Below, in pieces: positions 1 to 13,214 of a stretch of DNA of 64,000 nt. The notes beneath the pieces were generated by a model that worked only from the letters and a program-made list of their open reading frames with translations, made no database searches and was not told the DNA's origin. The translations under genes were made by a program, and so were the position numbers. The DNA lies in the NCBI RefSeq assembly GCF_018977255.1, contig NW_024704743.1, positions 18,788,001 to 18,852,000 of the forward strand, written 5' to 3'. The DNA is from Callorhinchus milii. Lineage: Eukaryota. Numbering within the stretch: the first letter of the stretch is position 1; each line of letters starts with the position of its first letter.

Positions 1-412
1 TCACCAAACCAGTGTGCAATATAGGCATCCGGTTCAACCCAGCTGTCCTTCCTCCCCAACATCCCCTGACCAGGACCGCCTTCTTCCACCTTGGCCACAT
101 TATCCGGCTCTGACCGTACCTTACACCAAATGCAGCCGAAACCCTCATGCATGCGTTTGTCATCTGCCACTTGGATTCCCCACCATCGGAAGTCGTGCTT
201 TCAGCCAGAACACCCCGAAGCTCTGGAACACTCTCCCTCAATCCCTCCACCTTGCCCGCTCTCTCCCACCTGGAAACCTTCCTCTTCAACCGTGCTTACA
301 GCCACCTCTGCCAAACCCCTCCCCCATGCTCGGAGTCAAGCTCCACCACTGTTAAGCGCTCTGAGATGCTACACTGTATGGAGGGCGCTAAATAAATCCA
401 AGTTGTTGTTGT
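1..412 (+). mobile_element. L2 LINE 3' fragment
   Basis: Degenerate ORF2 C-terminus (SRAFSQNTPKLWNTLP) with (TTG)n tail. Confidence 0.8.
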
Positions 413-1749
413 TAGCAACCTCTCAAAAAATGTGATTAGATTCGTCAGACATGACCTATCACCTTTGTCCTTCACAAACCCATGCCGACTCTCTTTGATT
501 AGCTCATACTTTTTCCAAGAGAGAATCGAGTAACTTCCCCACAACTGAAGTTAAGCTGACCTGGTTTCTCTGTCCCTTTCTTCTTAAATAATGAAGTGAC
601 ATCTGCATAATGGAGCTTTGTAACTTTTATTTGATGGAGTGTATAGCTGTGTTAAAGCTGTTTTGGTGTCAATGCCCAACTATGCATGAAAACTGGCTAA
701 TAAAGTGTTGCAGGTGGTAAACATGTTAACAAATGATACTGGAGGAAACCTTACATGCACTGCTGGTCGTAGTTGTTGGCCAGGACACCCGGATGAACTT
801 CATTCTCATTTGAGTAAAGAGCCTGACATATTATTTTCCAAGGAGACTACAGTGAGACTAAAAAAAATCTATTGTATTAGACTGGTTTTACAATAATGGC
901 TTTAACTCTGTCTCTCTTTGCACCTAAGTTGGGAAATATTTACCTGCCATTGTTTTAGATGGGAGTTGTTCACAATGCAAACAAACACAACCTCAATGCC
1001 ATTATTTAGAGTGATATTTGCATACTTATTCAGTTGTCAACTCTGATGGGGGAGTATTAGTGTTCCATACAAACAACAAGCTTGTTCCAACAAATGAGAT
1101 TTATGTATACTTACCTCATATGTTAGTTTCTTTATTGCTCACAGCTTTGTTTACCTAGCAGTGAGTAGGAACCCGGTTGTTAGTTGATTGGCGAATTGCT
1201 TTGCGGGGTATTCATTCTCAATTTTTAAAAGTGTTTAACTATAAATAATTTGGACACTCATTTCATGACTGTTTGTGGGACACTGCTGTGCACTGTTTGC
1301 TGTCGCGTTTCACAATATATTCTGTGAAGCACTTTGAGACTTCTCACCAACATGATAAGGAGCTATATCAAATGAAAGGATTATTATTATTATTTCCCAA
1401 CAATTTTTATTGCTTGTTGAATGCTAAATATTCTATTGAAACAAATTGAACAATGTTGTTTTTACTTTGTCCTCTAGTTTCCTCCAGATGAGCCTATCTA
1501 TGGGCATACAAGATTGTAGGTTCAAGCCCCACATTGGATTTTGAACTCAAATTTTAGACCGACACTCCAATGCATTGCTGGGGAGCACTGAATTGTTAAA
1601 GATGCTATTCCTCAGTTGAGGTTAAATCGAGGTCCTGTTTTCCTGTTTAGGTGGAAATAAAGATCCCATGATGATAATGATAATAATGATAATAATAATA
1701 ATTATATGGTATTACAACAACAATAACAAAATTATATTTGTAAAGTGCC

Positions 1750-2073
1750 TCCGGTCTGCTCCACATCCCCCGCCCCAACCGCCCTACCATCGGTGGCCGG
1801 GCCTTCAGCCTCTTAGCCCCTAGGCTTTGGAACTCTATCCCCCAGTGCCTTCGCCGCCTCCTCCCTTTCCTCCTTCAAGGCCGGTCTCAAGACCTTTCTC
1901 TTTGACCGAGCCTTCAGCTCCCCTCTCGACTCTCTACCCACTCCTCGCTCCCTCCCTTCCCTCCCCTCACCCTGACCATTTCCCCCCTGCTCGGGTCATG
2001 ACCCAACTGTACAGCGCCTTGGGACGTCCTCCTGACGTGAAAGGCGCTTTATAAATGGAATCTTGTTGTTGTT
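1750..2073 (+). mobile_element. L2 LINE 3' fragment
   Basis: GGRAFS...LWN region, tail stem-loop and (TTG)n; close inverted copy at 3700-4025. Confidence 0.85.
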
Positions 2074-2074
2074 T

Positions 2075-2875
2075 CATGTCGGGAGGACATCCTAAGGCAC
2101 TGGACATACAGAGTTACGAGCTGGGGGTCGGGGTGGGGAAGAGTGGAGGGCAGGGGAAGGCAGGGAGATCAAAAGCACAGTCGAAGAGGAGCGTCTTGAG
2201 ATAGTTCTTGAAGGAGGTAAGCGAGGGGGCAAGGAGGAGGGACTGAGGGGTGGAGTTCCAGCTGGTGGGGGCAGAGTGGTGGAAAGCCCGCCCACCAATA
2301 GTGGGGCGAGCGAGGCGGAGGACGTTAAGCAGGCCGGAGCCTGCTGAGAGGAGGGAGCGAACAGGATCGTAGGAGGTTAGGAGGTTGCAGAAATAGGAGG
2401 GAGCAAGTCCGCAGAAGGCTTTGAAGGTGAGGACCAGGATCTTGAACTGTATCCTCTACGTGATGGGAAGCCAGTGGAGTCGGGTGAGAATGGGGGTGAC
2501 AGAGTCATGGAGCCTGGTGTGGGAGAGGACACAGGCTGCAGAGTTCTGGATGATCTGCAGCCTGTGGAGGGAGGAGTTGGGGAGGCCGATAAGCAGTGAG
2601 TTTGCATAGTCGAGCCTCGATGTAATGAAAGCAAATATGAGGGTTTTGGCGGCCTGCAATGTGAGACAGTGGTGAAGCCGGGCGACGTTGCGGAGGTGGG
2701 GGAAGACAGAGCGTGTCATGGCGCAGATGTAGGGTAGAAAGGATAGTTGAGGGTCAAACAGGACCCCAAGATTCTGGACTAGCTTAGTGGGGTGAAATGT
2801 GCAGCCATAGATGGTGATACTGTCAGCGCCAGAGTTGTGGAGGCGCTGACAGGAGCCAATCAGGAGAACCTCGGT
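2075..2875 (-). mobile_element. L2 LINE ORF2 3' part
   Basis: ORF 2456-2719 HLRNVARL...SRLDYANSLL...LHWLP. Confidence 0.9.
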
Positions 2876-3699
2876 TACTATTCAAAAAGCAAAGGAAGTT
2901 TCTTCCAGGTTCCTGGCCAATGTTTGTTTGCCATCTTTATGCTCCTTAACACACAACACTTGATTATAACAAGAACAACAGGTACAAAATTACATTTGTG
3001 TAGCACCTTTCACGTCAGGAGGATGTCCCAAGGTGCTGGACAATCAGTGTTTCGGACTTGAGCTGGGGGCCAGGATCGGGGAGGGTGGAGGGCAGGAGGT
3101 GAAGGAGGGTGACCGAAGGCATGGTCGAAGAGGAAGGTCTTGAGACGGATCTTGAAGGAGGCAAGGGAGGTGGCGAAGTGGAGGGACCGCGGGACTTATT
3201 ATTAAAAACTATTCCACTCAGTACATATGCAGAGATGCAAATTACTGTAAGTGTGGCCGACAGAACTAAACATTCCTGGACTCTGACTTGTAATTGCTGA
3301 AATATCGGCAGCACGTTTTTACAACTGAAATCCTGCAGTGTCCTGAGTAATCACGATGATTTTAGTTTTCAAACTAAACCTTCCTTACAATAAAAAATCC
3401 TACAAAGCAGAATTATAACAATGGGAACAAAAAGTGCTAGTTCACTAACAGGATTCATGAACTGGATGGATAATCCGGACTGATAACCAGCAGCACTTCA
3501 CAACTTTCTTGTGATAATCCTGAGATTGATTGAAGCTTCAATGCAGGAATTCTATAAATAAGGTGTGATTTATTTATACCATCAGGATTACCATCAAGTT
3601 TGCCCATTAGAACCCTACCAAATACACAGTCACTACACATTGCAGTAAAGCCTGTGAAGCACTTTGAGATCTTTTCCCGCAAGGCACTATACAATAGTA

Positions 3700-4125
3700 C
3701 AACAACAACAAGATTTCATTTATAGAGCGCCTTTCACATCGGGAAGACATCTCAAGGCGCTGGACAGTTGGGTTGGGACCCGAGCAGGGGGAAATGGTCA
3801 GGGTAAGGGGAGGGAAAGGAGGGAGTGAGGAGGGGGTAGAGAGTCGAGAGGGGAGCTGAAGGCACGGTAGAAGAGAAAGCTCTTGGACCGGCCTTGATGG
3901 AGGAAAGGGAGGAGTCGGCGAAGGCACTGGGGGATGGATTCCAAAGCCTAGGGGCTGAGATGCTGAAGGCCCGGCCACCGATGGTAGGGCAGTTGGGGCG
4001 GGGGATGTGGAGCAGACCGGAGCCAGAGGAACGGAGGGTACGGGCAGGTAAGTAGGAGGATAGTAGGTCGGAGAGGTAAGAGGGAGCAAGGCCGTGGATA
4101 GCCTTGTAGGTGAGGATGAGGATCT
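3700..4125 (-). mobile_element. L2 LINE 3' fragment
   Basis: (CAA)n tail on the + strand and reverse complement of the L2 3' end. Confidence 0.85.
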
Positions 4126-5628
4126 AGTAATAATAATAGGAGGATGAGGATCTAGTAATAATAATAATCCTTGCTTTTGATATAGTGTCTTATCATGTTT
4201 TTGAGACGTCTCAAAATGCTTCACAGAATATACTATAAAGTGAATTGAGTGTATATTTTGTGTTAATAATAGATTATTAGTTTTATCTTGAGTCACTATT
4301 AGTGAATCGTCTTGTGTTCAAGTGCGATATATAGAACCAAAGAACAGTTCTAAACTTAAAAATCATTCCTTGAATAAATGCCATTAAGTCTTTTCTTTTT
4401 AGTGAAGGAAGTCTACCCCTACCTTTAACCGGTTATTTCCCACAAATAGAATCAGCGTAATTGTTGGCCTGTTGTTAGAAGCTAGGGAGATTAAGCCTCT
4501 GTATTTATTGGATGTCATGATGGATCCCAATCCCCTTACAATAGCGAATTGCATGTCTTTTTACGTGTGAAGTCTCTAGTTTTCCAGGGACAAGAACAAA
4601 CCTAGTAATTTTGCAAATGTGCAAGTACATCACATATTTAGTAAGATCAATATCCTTGTATGCAATTTCACACAAATGCACCCACATCATTTTTAGCATG
4701 CAGTATATGAAGTGCAGGGTTAGTTAGAGACAGAATAAACAGAAATAGACAAAGTCTAAGTGGATGTTAAAGATATCTTTGTTGCTTCTATTATCATGGC
4801 CAACAAATTGTTCATTCACCCATGGTTATTTGTGGGACAGTGCTGTGTGCAAAACTGACTGCCACATTTACCAAGACAAAACTCACAGTTGCTACACTTT
4901 AAGTATATCCTATGAAACACTTTGGTATGTCCTCCTGAAGTTAAAAGCGCAAAGCCAAATGTAAGGAATCTTAGTATTATTATAGAAAGAAAGAGAGAGA
5001 ATGTTAGAGAGATTCAGAGGCACAGAGAAAGAATGCATCAGACGCTAGTTTCTAAAGAACTTGGGAATCCATCACCATAGCCAATACAAACAGTGTCTGT
5101 TTATGTTTGATTTTGTTTCTACTGGCCATTGTGCAGGAATCCCAGATGGGTTTTGGATATTGTACAGTGTCTTTTAGCCCCCTCCCCCTATCAGAAGCCA
5201 CTACTTCCCAATAACAACTTGCATAAATATAGTGCGTACGGTCACCTCCACCCTCCCTCTCCCCCTGGCTCCGGGTCAGACTCCCCCACTGTTAAGTGCT
5301 CCAGGACGCTGGTGGGAGTTAAGGCACTATACAAATGTGAGTTGCTGCTGTTATTGCCCTTCAGGCAGAATAGTGTCGTAGATGGAAAACTGCCCAGTTT
5401 GGATGTTAAGCAAGGGTGAAGGGACGGGCAAAGAGGTAGGTCTTAAAATGGGATTTAAAGGTAGAAAAAGAGGGATCAAGGTTGAGTGATTGAGGCAGGG
5501 AGTTCCAGAAATTAATTGTGTTGTGGCCCAGTGACTGATGGTGGCATGGAAGTGGTCAGCAGACCTGTGTTAGCTGAACAAAGAGGCCGGGCAGAGGAGT
5601 TGGGTACGAGCAGGTCAGGCAGGTACGG

Positions 5629-6512
5629 AGGTGCTGGGGTATGACAGCACATGACAGGTGCATTACATGATTGCAATCCTTTACCGTGTGAAACAACTCA
5701 AAGTAATAAGAGAAATGCCAGTCTTTCTCAATCATTTGACTAAATGCAGTATAGATGTCAGGAGGGCACTCCTAGGCAGCAAAGTTTTTTTTACACTGTG
5801 CAATGAAATCTGGGGCAGCTTTCTGAGACTGAAAACAGTTGGTCCTTTGTTAAAACAACATTCTATGGCACTAAACACGCATTAGGGGTTAATAATTCAG
5901 ATTACACTATCAACTGACAAAATAACTTCTCATTGTGCTGGATAGATCAGTTAAAGTACGTACAGTAAGTACAATTAGACATGCAATGCTGCACACCACA
6001 GATTGAAAAGCACAATTTGGCTAAACTCAAACAATAACTGGAGGAATTAGATCCCAGTTTAATTAGCATTGCTCTTGCCTTGGTTCTAAACACACGTTGT
6101 GTTCAACCTAACACAGCTGCACACAGAATGGTATTTCCTATCAATCCTGATTAATAGAACATTATTATTCATCAGCATTGTTCAAAACCTGACATAATTT
6201 AACCGTCCGAACCAAATTTTTTTTAGAATGAACATATAACTGCAATAACAGCAACTTGAATTTATATAGCGCCCTTCACGTAGGGAACTCTTGTCCTTTG
6301 CAGCCATAGAAAGAGTTAACTAATCCACTGAGGAAATTCTCGAGTCAATGTGAGTTGACAATGCCTAGGAATGCCTTCCTAACATCTATACTGGTAATTT
6401 AGTCAAATGATTGAGAAAGACTGGCATTTCTCTCATTGTTTTGAGTTGTTTCACAAGGTAAAAGATTGCATCATGTAATGCACCAGTCATGTCCTGTCAT
6501 GCCCCAGGACCT
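5629..6512. mobile_element. Non-autonomous DNA transposon / MITE with about 150-bp terminal inverted repeats
   Basis: 5629-5778 is the reverse complement of 6362-6512 (e.g. GAGAAATGCCAGTCTTTCTCAATCATTTGACTAAAT / ATTTAGTCAAATGATTGAGAAAGACTGGCATTTCTC); no transposase ORF inside. Confidence 0.75.
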
Positions 6513-6698
6513 TTATTTTACGGTCTGTAACTTCTCACTTAGTAAGGTTAAGAGAAGTCTAAACATATACATCATGCCTTATGGATGACTAGTCTAATGC
6601 ATTGTCTTACATCTGTTATCTCTTACAGCCCTATCAACCTTCTCTTTGGGTAATACAGATTGGGAGAACTGCAGCAATCTACAAATAGATCTTAATTT

Positions 6699-7070
6699 AT
6701 AATAATAATAACAATAATAATAATAATAATCCTTGCATTTGATATAACATCTTATCACATTGTTGAGACACCTCAAAGCGCTTCACAGAATATATTGTAA
6801 AATGGACTGATTGGGTATTCTGTGGGCAAAACGTGGAACCCAATTGCACACAGCAATGTCCCACAAACAGTTGTGGATTGAGTAACCACATGTTTTAGGT
6901 GGAGTGATGACTACCACTGCAAGGCGATTTGCCTCTCGATTAACAGCCGGGTTCCTACTTGCTGCTCGGTAAACAAAGGAGTAAGGAAACTTGCCTTTAC
7001 CTCTCCCGGAATCAAACCCCGGTCCTCTCACATACGAGGCGAGCTTGCCAATCACTACGCTACAGGCTCC
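6699..7070 (-). mobile_element. tRNA-derived SINE, long-middle subtype
   Basis: tRNA-like head with B-box GTTTGATTCC, GGCAAGTTTCCTTACTCC segment, Deu-like 3' core, (ATT)n tail; related copies at 53555-53921 (-) and 1140-1393 (+). Confidence 0.8.
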
Positions 7071-7399
7071 ACAGATTCACTATCTATATACTTGGAAAGT
7101 TTCAGAAAGAATTGAGGCTTTTTTCCATCTTAATTTACTTCTAACATCTAGCAAGTGTGTTCATTGCCATTTTCAATCATATTTGCGTTAACCACTATTT
7201 GCCACCTTGTGGCTCTCAAAATGACAGGTACAGCTTCTTATTTTAATGAGAAAAATGTTTGTACTACTTAAATTCCAATTTTCCTCCCAATGCTATAGAG
7301 ATGTGTCAATTTTACTGCAAGAAATGCACTGTCATAGGTGTTTGAATTCCTGCCTGGTATGGGATAGGAGCTGAGAGGCTATTCCTGTTTGCTTTGCTT

Positions 7400-9883
7400 A
7401 AGACTATTCCTCTGCCTTTGCTCCGACCGCCTCATCATCCTAGGCGACTTCAACCTCCACTTCACCCCCTCCTGTTTTACCTCTTCAGACTTCTCCTCTC
7501 TCCTCGCTCAACCTCTCCTTCCACATCCACTCTGCTACCCACAACCACGACCACCTGCTCGACCTGGTGATCACCTGGGGCCTCAGCATCTTGGATGTCA
7601 CCATCACTGACAAGGTCATCTCTGACCACCTTTTCATCTCCCTCAACTCCCATATCCCTCTCCCCACTGCCTCCAAACCTACCACCATCTTCTACTGCCC
7701 ATGGAAAAAGATCTCCCTGCAATCCCTCTCCACTGCCCTGGAGTCCTCTGACCCACCTCTCGCACCAACCAACTAGCTGCACTTATTCTTCTCCACAGCA
7801 CCCTCTCCACCACACTCGATGCCCTTGCCCCCCTCACCTCACGAACTGCCTCCTATTCCTGATCCTCACCTCCGCTCGCTTAAGGACCAGGTGCGGGTTT
7901 CCGAATGCACTTGGCTCAAATCTGGCCTAACGGTCCACCGGCAATGCTGCTTGGCCTTGGCTAAATCATCTTTCTACTCCAGGTTAATCCTGTACTCCAG
8001 GTTAATCCTGGAGGCAAAGAGCAACCACAGGTTTCTGTTCTCCACCACCCTCCCCGCCACATCTCGCAGATTCTTTCCTCCGACTCCTATGGCGAGGAAA
8101 TGCCTCAAGTCCAAAATCGAGGGAATCCGCTCAGCTGCCACTGCCCTCCCAACTTCCACCTCTTCCCTAAACCCTGCCCACATTCCGACTATCACCCATC
8201 CCTCCTTCCACACCTTTGAACCTGTCACCCCCTCCTCTGTCTTCACCACCATATCCTCCATGAAGACCACCACCTGCTCCCTGGACCCCATCCCCACCGC
8301 TCTCCTTAAATCCCAGCTCCACCTCCTTGCCCCACTACTCGCTGACATCATCAACCTCTCCCTGTCATCTGGCACTGTTCCTTCCCCCCTCAAAAGAGTC
8401 ACTATCACCCCCACCTTGAAGAAACCTTCCCTTGACCCATCACAGCTATCCAGCTACTGGCCCATCTCAAACCTCCCTTTCCTATCCAAGGTCCTTGAGA
8501 TAGCCATTGCCTCCCAGCTTCGCTCTTTCCTCTCCTCCCACTCCCTCCATGAACCCCTTCAATCGGGTTTCCGTGCTGCCCACAGCATGAAAACTGTTCT
8601 GGTCAAGGTCACAAACAACATCCTGATCATGTGTGACCAGGGCTCCCTCTGCTTCCTCATCCTCCTCGACCTCTCCGCTGCCTTTGACACTGTGGACCAA
8701 TCAATCCTCCTCCACTGCCTCTCCTCCCACCTCAACCTTCAAGGTTCTGTCCTTGACTGGTTCAGGTTATACCTTTCACACAGCCTCCACGTTGTCACAG
8801 AAAACGGCTTCTTCTCCAGCCCTCACACTGTCTCCTCCGGTGTTCCTCAGGGCTCTGTCCTCGGTCCCCTCCTCTTCACCCTCTACATGCTCCCCCTTAG
8901 TGACATCATCCACAGATGTGGGGTAAATTTCCACATGTATGCGGATGACACCCAACTCTATCTCTCTGCCTCCACACCCTGAACTCCAGGACTACTGTCT
9001 GTCCGACATCAAGTCCTGGACGAGGGCAATTTTCTCCAACTCAATGTCAGCAAGACTAAGCCCCTCCTGATTGGCTTGTGCCAGCGCCTCCGCACCTCGG
9101 GCGCTGGCAGCATCAGCCTCCACGGCTGCACACTCAACCTCACTAAGCCAGGCAGGAACCTGGGTGCCTTGTTTGACCCTGATCTGTTCTTTCTCCCCCA
9201 ATTCCGCGCCATGACCGGCACTGCCTACCAACATCTCCGCAACATTGCCAGACTCCGCCACTGTCTCACCCCTCAGGTTATCGAAGCCCTAACACACGCA
9301 TTTGTCACATCAAGGCTCGACTACGGGAATTCCCTCCTCATCGGCCTTCCCAACTCTTCCCTTCACAAGTTGCAGATCATCCAAAACTCTGCAGCTTGTG
9401 TACTCCTGTGCACCAGGCTCTGTGACCCCATCACTCCCACCCTCGCCCAACTCCACTGGCTCCCCATCCCTCAGAGGATTGAATTCAAGATCCTCATCCT
9501 CACTTTCAAGGCCATCCATGGCCTTGCCTCCTCCTACCTCTCTGACCTGCTGACTCCCTACCAACCTGCCCACTCCCTCTGTTCAGCGGGCTCCGGCCTG
9601 CTCCATGTCTCCCGCCCATCCCGCCCTTTCAGCCTTTCTGCCCCCACACTCTGGAAATCCATCTCACAGTGCCTTCACCTCGCTTCCTCCCTTGCCTCGT
9701 TGAAGGCCGGTCTCAAGACCCTTCTCTTCAATCGTGTCTTTGGTCGCCCTCCCTCCTCTCCGCCTTCCCTCACCCCTACCCTACCCCTTCCCCATGCTCG
9801 GGTCCCGACCCCTGACTGTTCAGCACTTTGGGACGTCCTCCCGACGTGAAAGGTGCTCTCTAAATGTAACTTGTTGTTGTTGC
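7400..9883 (+). mobile_element. L2 LINE, 5'-truncated, about 2.5 kb ORF2 (APE C-terminus plus RT), frameshifted
   Basis: LIILGDFNLH, HLLDL and ISDH (APE); QSGFR, LDLSAAFDTVD, GVPQGSVLGP and YADDTQLY (RT); 3' stem-loop and (TTG)n. Confidence 0.95.
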
Positions 9884-12099
9884 TTAGCTAACACTGAAAT
9901 GGGAATTGTCAGATCCAAGAGCCTTATCAATAGGTTTTGGCCAATGTTGCTTAAAAGGAAATGTCAAATAGCACTGTTTGCCACGCTGTATGATTTGGGG
10001 ACTTGCCTGTCTGATCACTGTGGTGTGGAAATCTGTGCTGCTGCCAATTATTAAAGTGGGATGTAACTAACAACATGATACTTTTCCCTTCACTTACAAG
10101 CTTTATAATGTCTTCCAGATTTTCCACACAGATTTTCAAATGACTGATTGAGGGACAGCAAACATGTAGCTTTTGTGTTTTTTAAAAAACGTTGTATCTC
10201 AGTGATACTGTTTGAAGCAGGGTTTGGGGAAGAATTCACTGCTGATAGTAATACAGGCTAAAGCCAACCTGCATTTAATTTCTGCATGAAAGATATGCAT
10301 TATCAAGCTGGTAGTTCTTATATAGCCTCTTCAGAGGTCTTATACACCAGTGTTTTTATGGCATGTGTTATAATGGTATAAAACATGAGTTTTCTGAGCT
10401 TGCATAACTATTTACTAAATTTTGTTGATAAATATTATTCTTAGATCGGATACACTGATGTGGAACAAGGTCATACAAACAGCTGCAGAAGCTTAATAAT
10501 AATAATACGATAATAATAATAATCCTTGCATTTGATACAGTGCCTTATCATGTTTTCGAGAAGTTTCAAAGTGCTTCACAGAATATACTGCAACGTGAAT
10601 TGACTGTGTATCTTGAGGCCGAAACGTGGCAGCCAATTGCACACAGCAGTGTCCCACAAATTGTTGTGGATTAATCTGGCTTCATACCTTACCTGCCTCC
10701 ATCTGTAACTCACAACCAAAGCAACCCAACTGTTGTCCATGCCTTCGTCACTTCCCTGTTGGACTATTCCAATGCCTTTCTCGTTGGTCTCTCCAGCTCC
10801 ACCCTACACAAAATTCAACTAACTCAAAACTCTGCCGCTGTAAGATTATATTTGTGAACCTTTTTAAGGTTTTTAATTAGTCTTCATATACTTTTAGAAT
10901 GTAACCAAACATTTATAATCTTTTTAGTACAGTATTGCTTAGTTACGAAGGCATGGATAAGGATATTTGTTTTAATGACTAGCTTAGGGCCCCTGAGAGG
11001 TAACATGTGCCAATTTGCGTTAGCAAAGGTAAAGATATATTGGCTTCATCCTGGCTGAGGTCAGGGTTCTGATAACATTCCCTTGTTTGGTGCCTGGGTC
11101 CTAGTCACCCGCCCATCTGAGATTTGAGTAATCATGTCCTGGAGCATGGATGTGAAAACAAGGGGGTTCAGAGGGAGAAGCCAATAGCATATAGCAGTGT
11201 CCTACAAACAGTTGTGAATCGATTAACTGAATCATCTTTTTTTGGAGCAATTATTACCCCTGGAAAGTGATCCACCAATCCATGCCCATCTGGGTTCCTA
11301 CTTACCGGTAGTTAAAGCTTTTGTGCAGGGCACCAGAAGGCATCCAGTGCTTGAGGAACTGTGTCCCTGCAAAAGAAGACCAGACCAGGAGCAGAGAGGT
11401 ATATATGTCCCTGAGAGGTGCATGCCAATGGGAGAGCATTAAAAAAGGACAATTTCAAAAAAAAAAGAAATAATTGTAGTATTCATGAATTCAGTATTAT
11501 AACTGACACCAAAAACATGCCATCCAAATATTTTGTTTAAAAATTCATCTGAAGATCACAGAATATCACTGACGGCTTCATCCTACTTCGTCAAATCTGT
11601 TGAGCGAAGATCGGAACATCCAAAGAAATGATTTTGTTTCAGCTGCAAAGATCGTGACAGTTTGGGCACAATTCCTCACAGACTTTCAATATCAAGCGTG
11701 GGTGAAACAAACATTGCATATTTTCAGGACTCCTGCCATGCAGATTAAATCCACCAAGGCTCCTTGCTCTCGTACCTGATTCTCAAGGGGTTATCAGAGG
11801 ATTATTGTCCCTTACTTATGTCTCTCTTGAAAATACCCACTCTCCCTATACTCCGAATAGCATGGAAGAACAACTTAAAATAACAGGTTTGAACCTCTTC
11901 ATAGGCTTCAATGCTAATACTCAATGAGTAGAGAGAGGAGACTTCTACTTTCGCCTGAGTAGCATTGTGCTCTGAAAAAAACGCAGTCAGGATGAAGAAT
12001 TGAACGAAACGATAAAGTCGTCCTTGCTTTCCATATACCTCACACAAAACATTCTCAATGCGATCTCAGAACATATTGGTGTGGTGAGCCGACCTGGCC

Positions 12100-12333
12100 A
12101 ACTAAACCCCATCCTTACCACACTCCCTCCTCTCCCACACATACATACACGCACACACTGAAGTGCTCTCATTACAGAAATAAATCCAAGGATCTCCATA
12201 GCAACAAGAACACCGAGTAGTGCTTGCTAATCTCTCAGTGTATTACAATTCCCACTAATACGAACGAAGGTTAAAGAAGACATTAGAAGTTTTTTTTAGG
12301 TTGGAAGAGGAAACCCATACATTAAGCTGAAAG
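12100..12333 (+). promoter_or_regulatory. Candidate promoter and non-coding first exon of slc39a12
   Basis: Repeat-free island with an RFX-like site (12192-12205) ending at donor-like AAG|GTAAAG (12334). The acceptor upstream of the ATG at 16085 implies a 5' non-coding exon. Confidence 0.4.
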
Positions 12334-13214
12334 GTAAAGAGATTTTCTGATGCATGAGCAATGAGCCGTTGATGCACTTATAACAAAGTTAGAAATGGTG
12401 TACTAAGGTCAAGACTCGAAGGGGCAGCAAATCAGTTTCTTTCCATCTGTTCCTCCAGTCTTTTTTCTTTTCCTTTTTACTTTCTACGCATTGATGTCTC
12501 TATCCCTCATTCAGGCTGCTACTTGTTTATTCTGTTGGACGTCTCTTGATATTTATTCCTTTCAATCTTTGATTCTGTTTTGCTTTCCTTCTCTCTCGTT
12601 CTCTCTCTCTCTCTCTCCTCTCTTCCAGTCCTGCAGCAAGTAATAATTTATGTGTTTGTCCTAAAACAGATTATACACCACTGTTTATTGTTCCAATGAT
12701 ATTTTATCCTTACAACCTGAGGGTTGGTATCTGACTCTTAACTTGTAACAACCGTTGCTGTATGTCTGGAGTTCAGAACTGCTCAATATCCAATTGCAAC
12801 TGGACTGGTGAAACGTGACTTTCAAATACTTTTCTGCTTCTAGGCTTTGAGGGAGCTGGAAATTTGCTAATTGCGATTTTTAACTGTGTGGAGCTGAGTT
12901 TATTTCAGCTCTCAGGTATAATTTTCAATGTCATCTGCTGCAAACTCCATACAACTTGGTCTCCTCACTACCCATTACATTTTCAGGCTTCGATTCTGTG
13001 CCATTTGCTGTTGCTTTGGTTGGTAACACAGCTCTCTTGACTATTGTCAGTAGTTTGCCTTGACATATTTAACTGCCAGCTTGGCTCAGTTAGAAACACT
13101 CTCATCTCTGGGCCAAAAAGGCCATGGAACTTGAGCTCCTAGGTTAAGTTGCCACACCCATTCCAGAAGGTGGGAAGGGCAATGTATTGTTGGAGGTTCT
13201 GTGCTTGTTTTCAG

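Noticed and set aside
1671..1730. (ATA)n and (CAA)n runs as a CRISPR-like or functional array
   Set aside because: These are simple-repeat tails of SINE and L2 elements, with no spacers.
7819..8982. 387-aa reverse transcriptase ORF as a host gene or retron-like system
   Set aside because: It is a fragment of a frameshifted L2 ORF2 with a standard L2 tail, and includes an 18-bp duplication (YSRLIL twice).
12814..12818. Hypoxia-response core ACGTG in the putative first intron
   Set aside because: A 5-mer expected by chance, with no supporting evidence.
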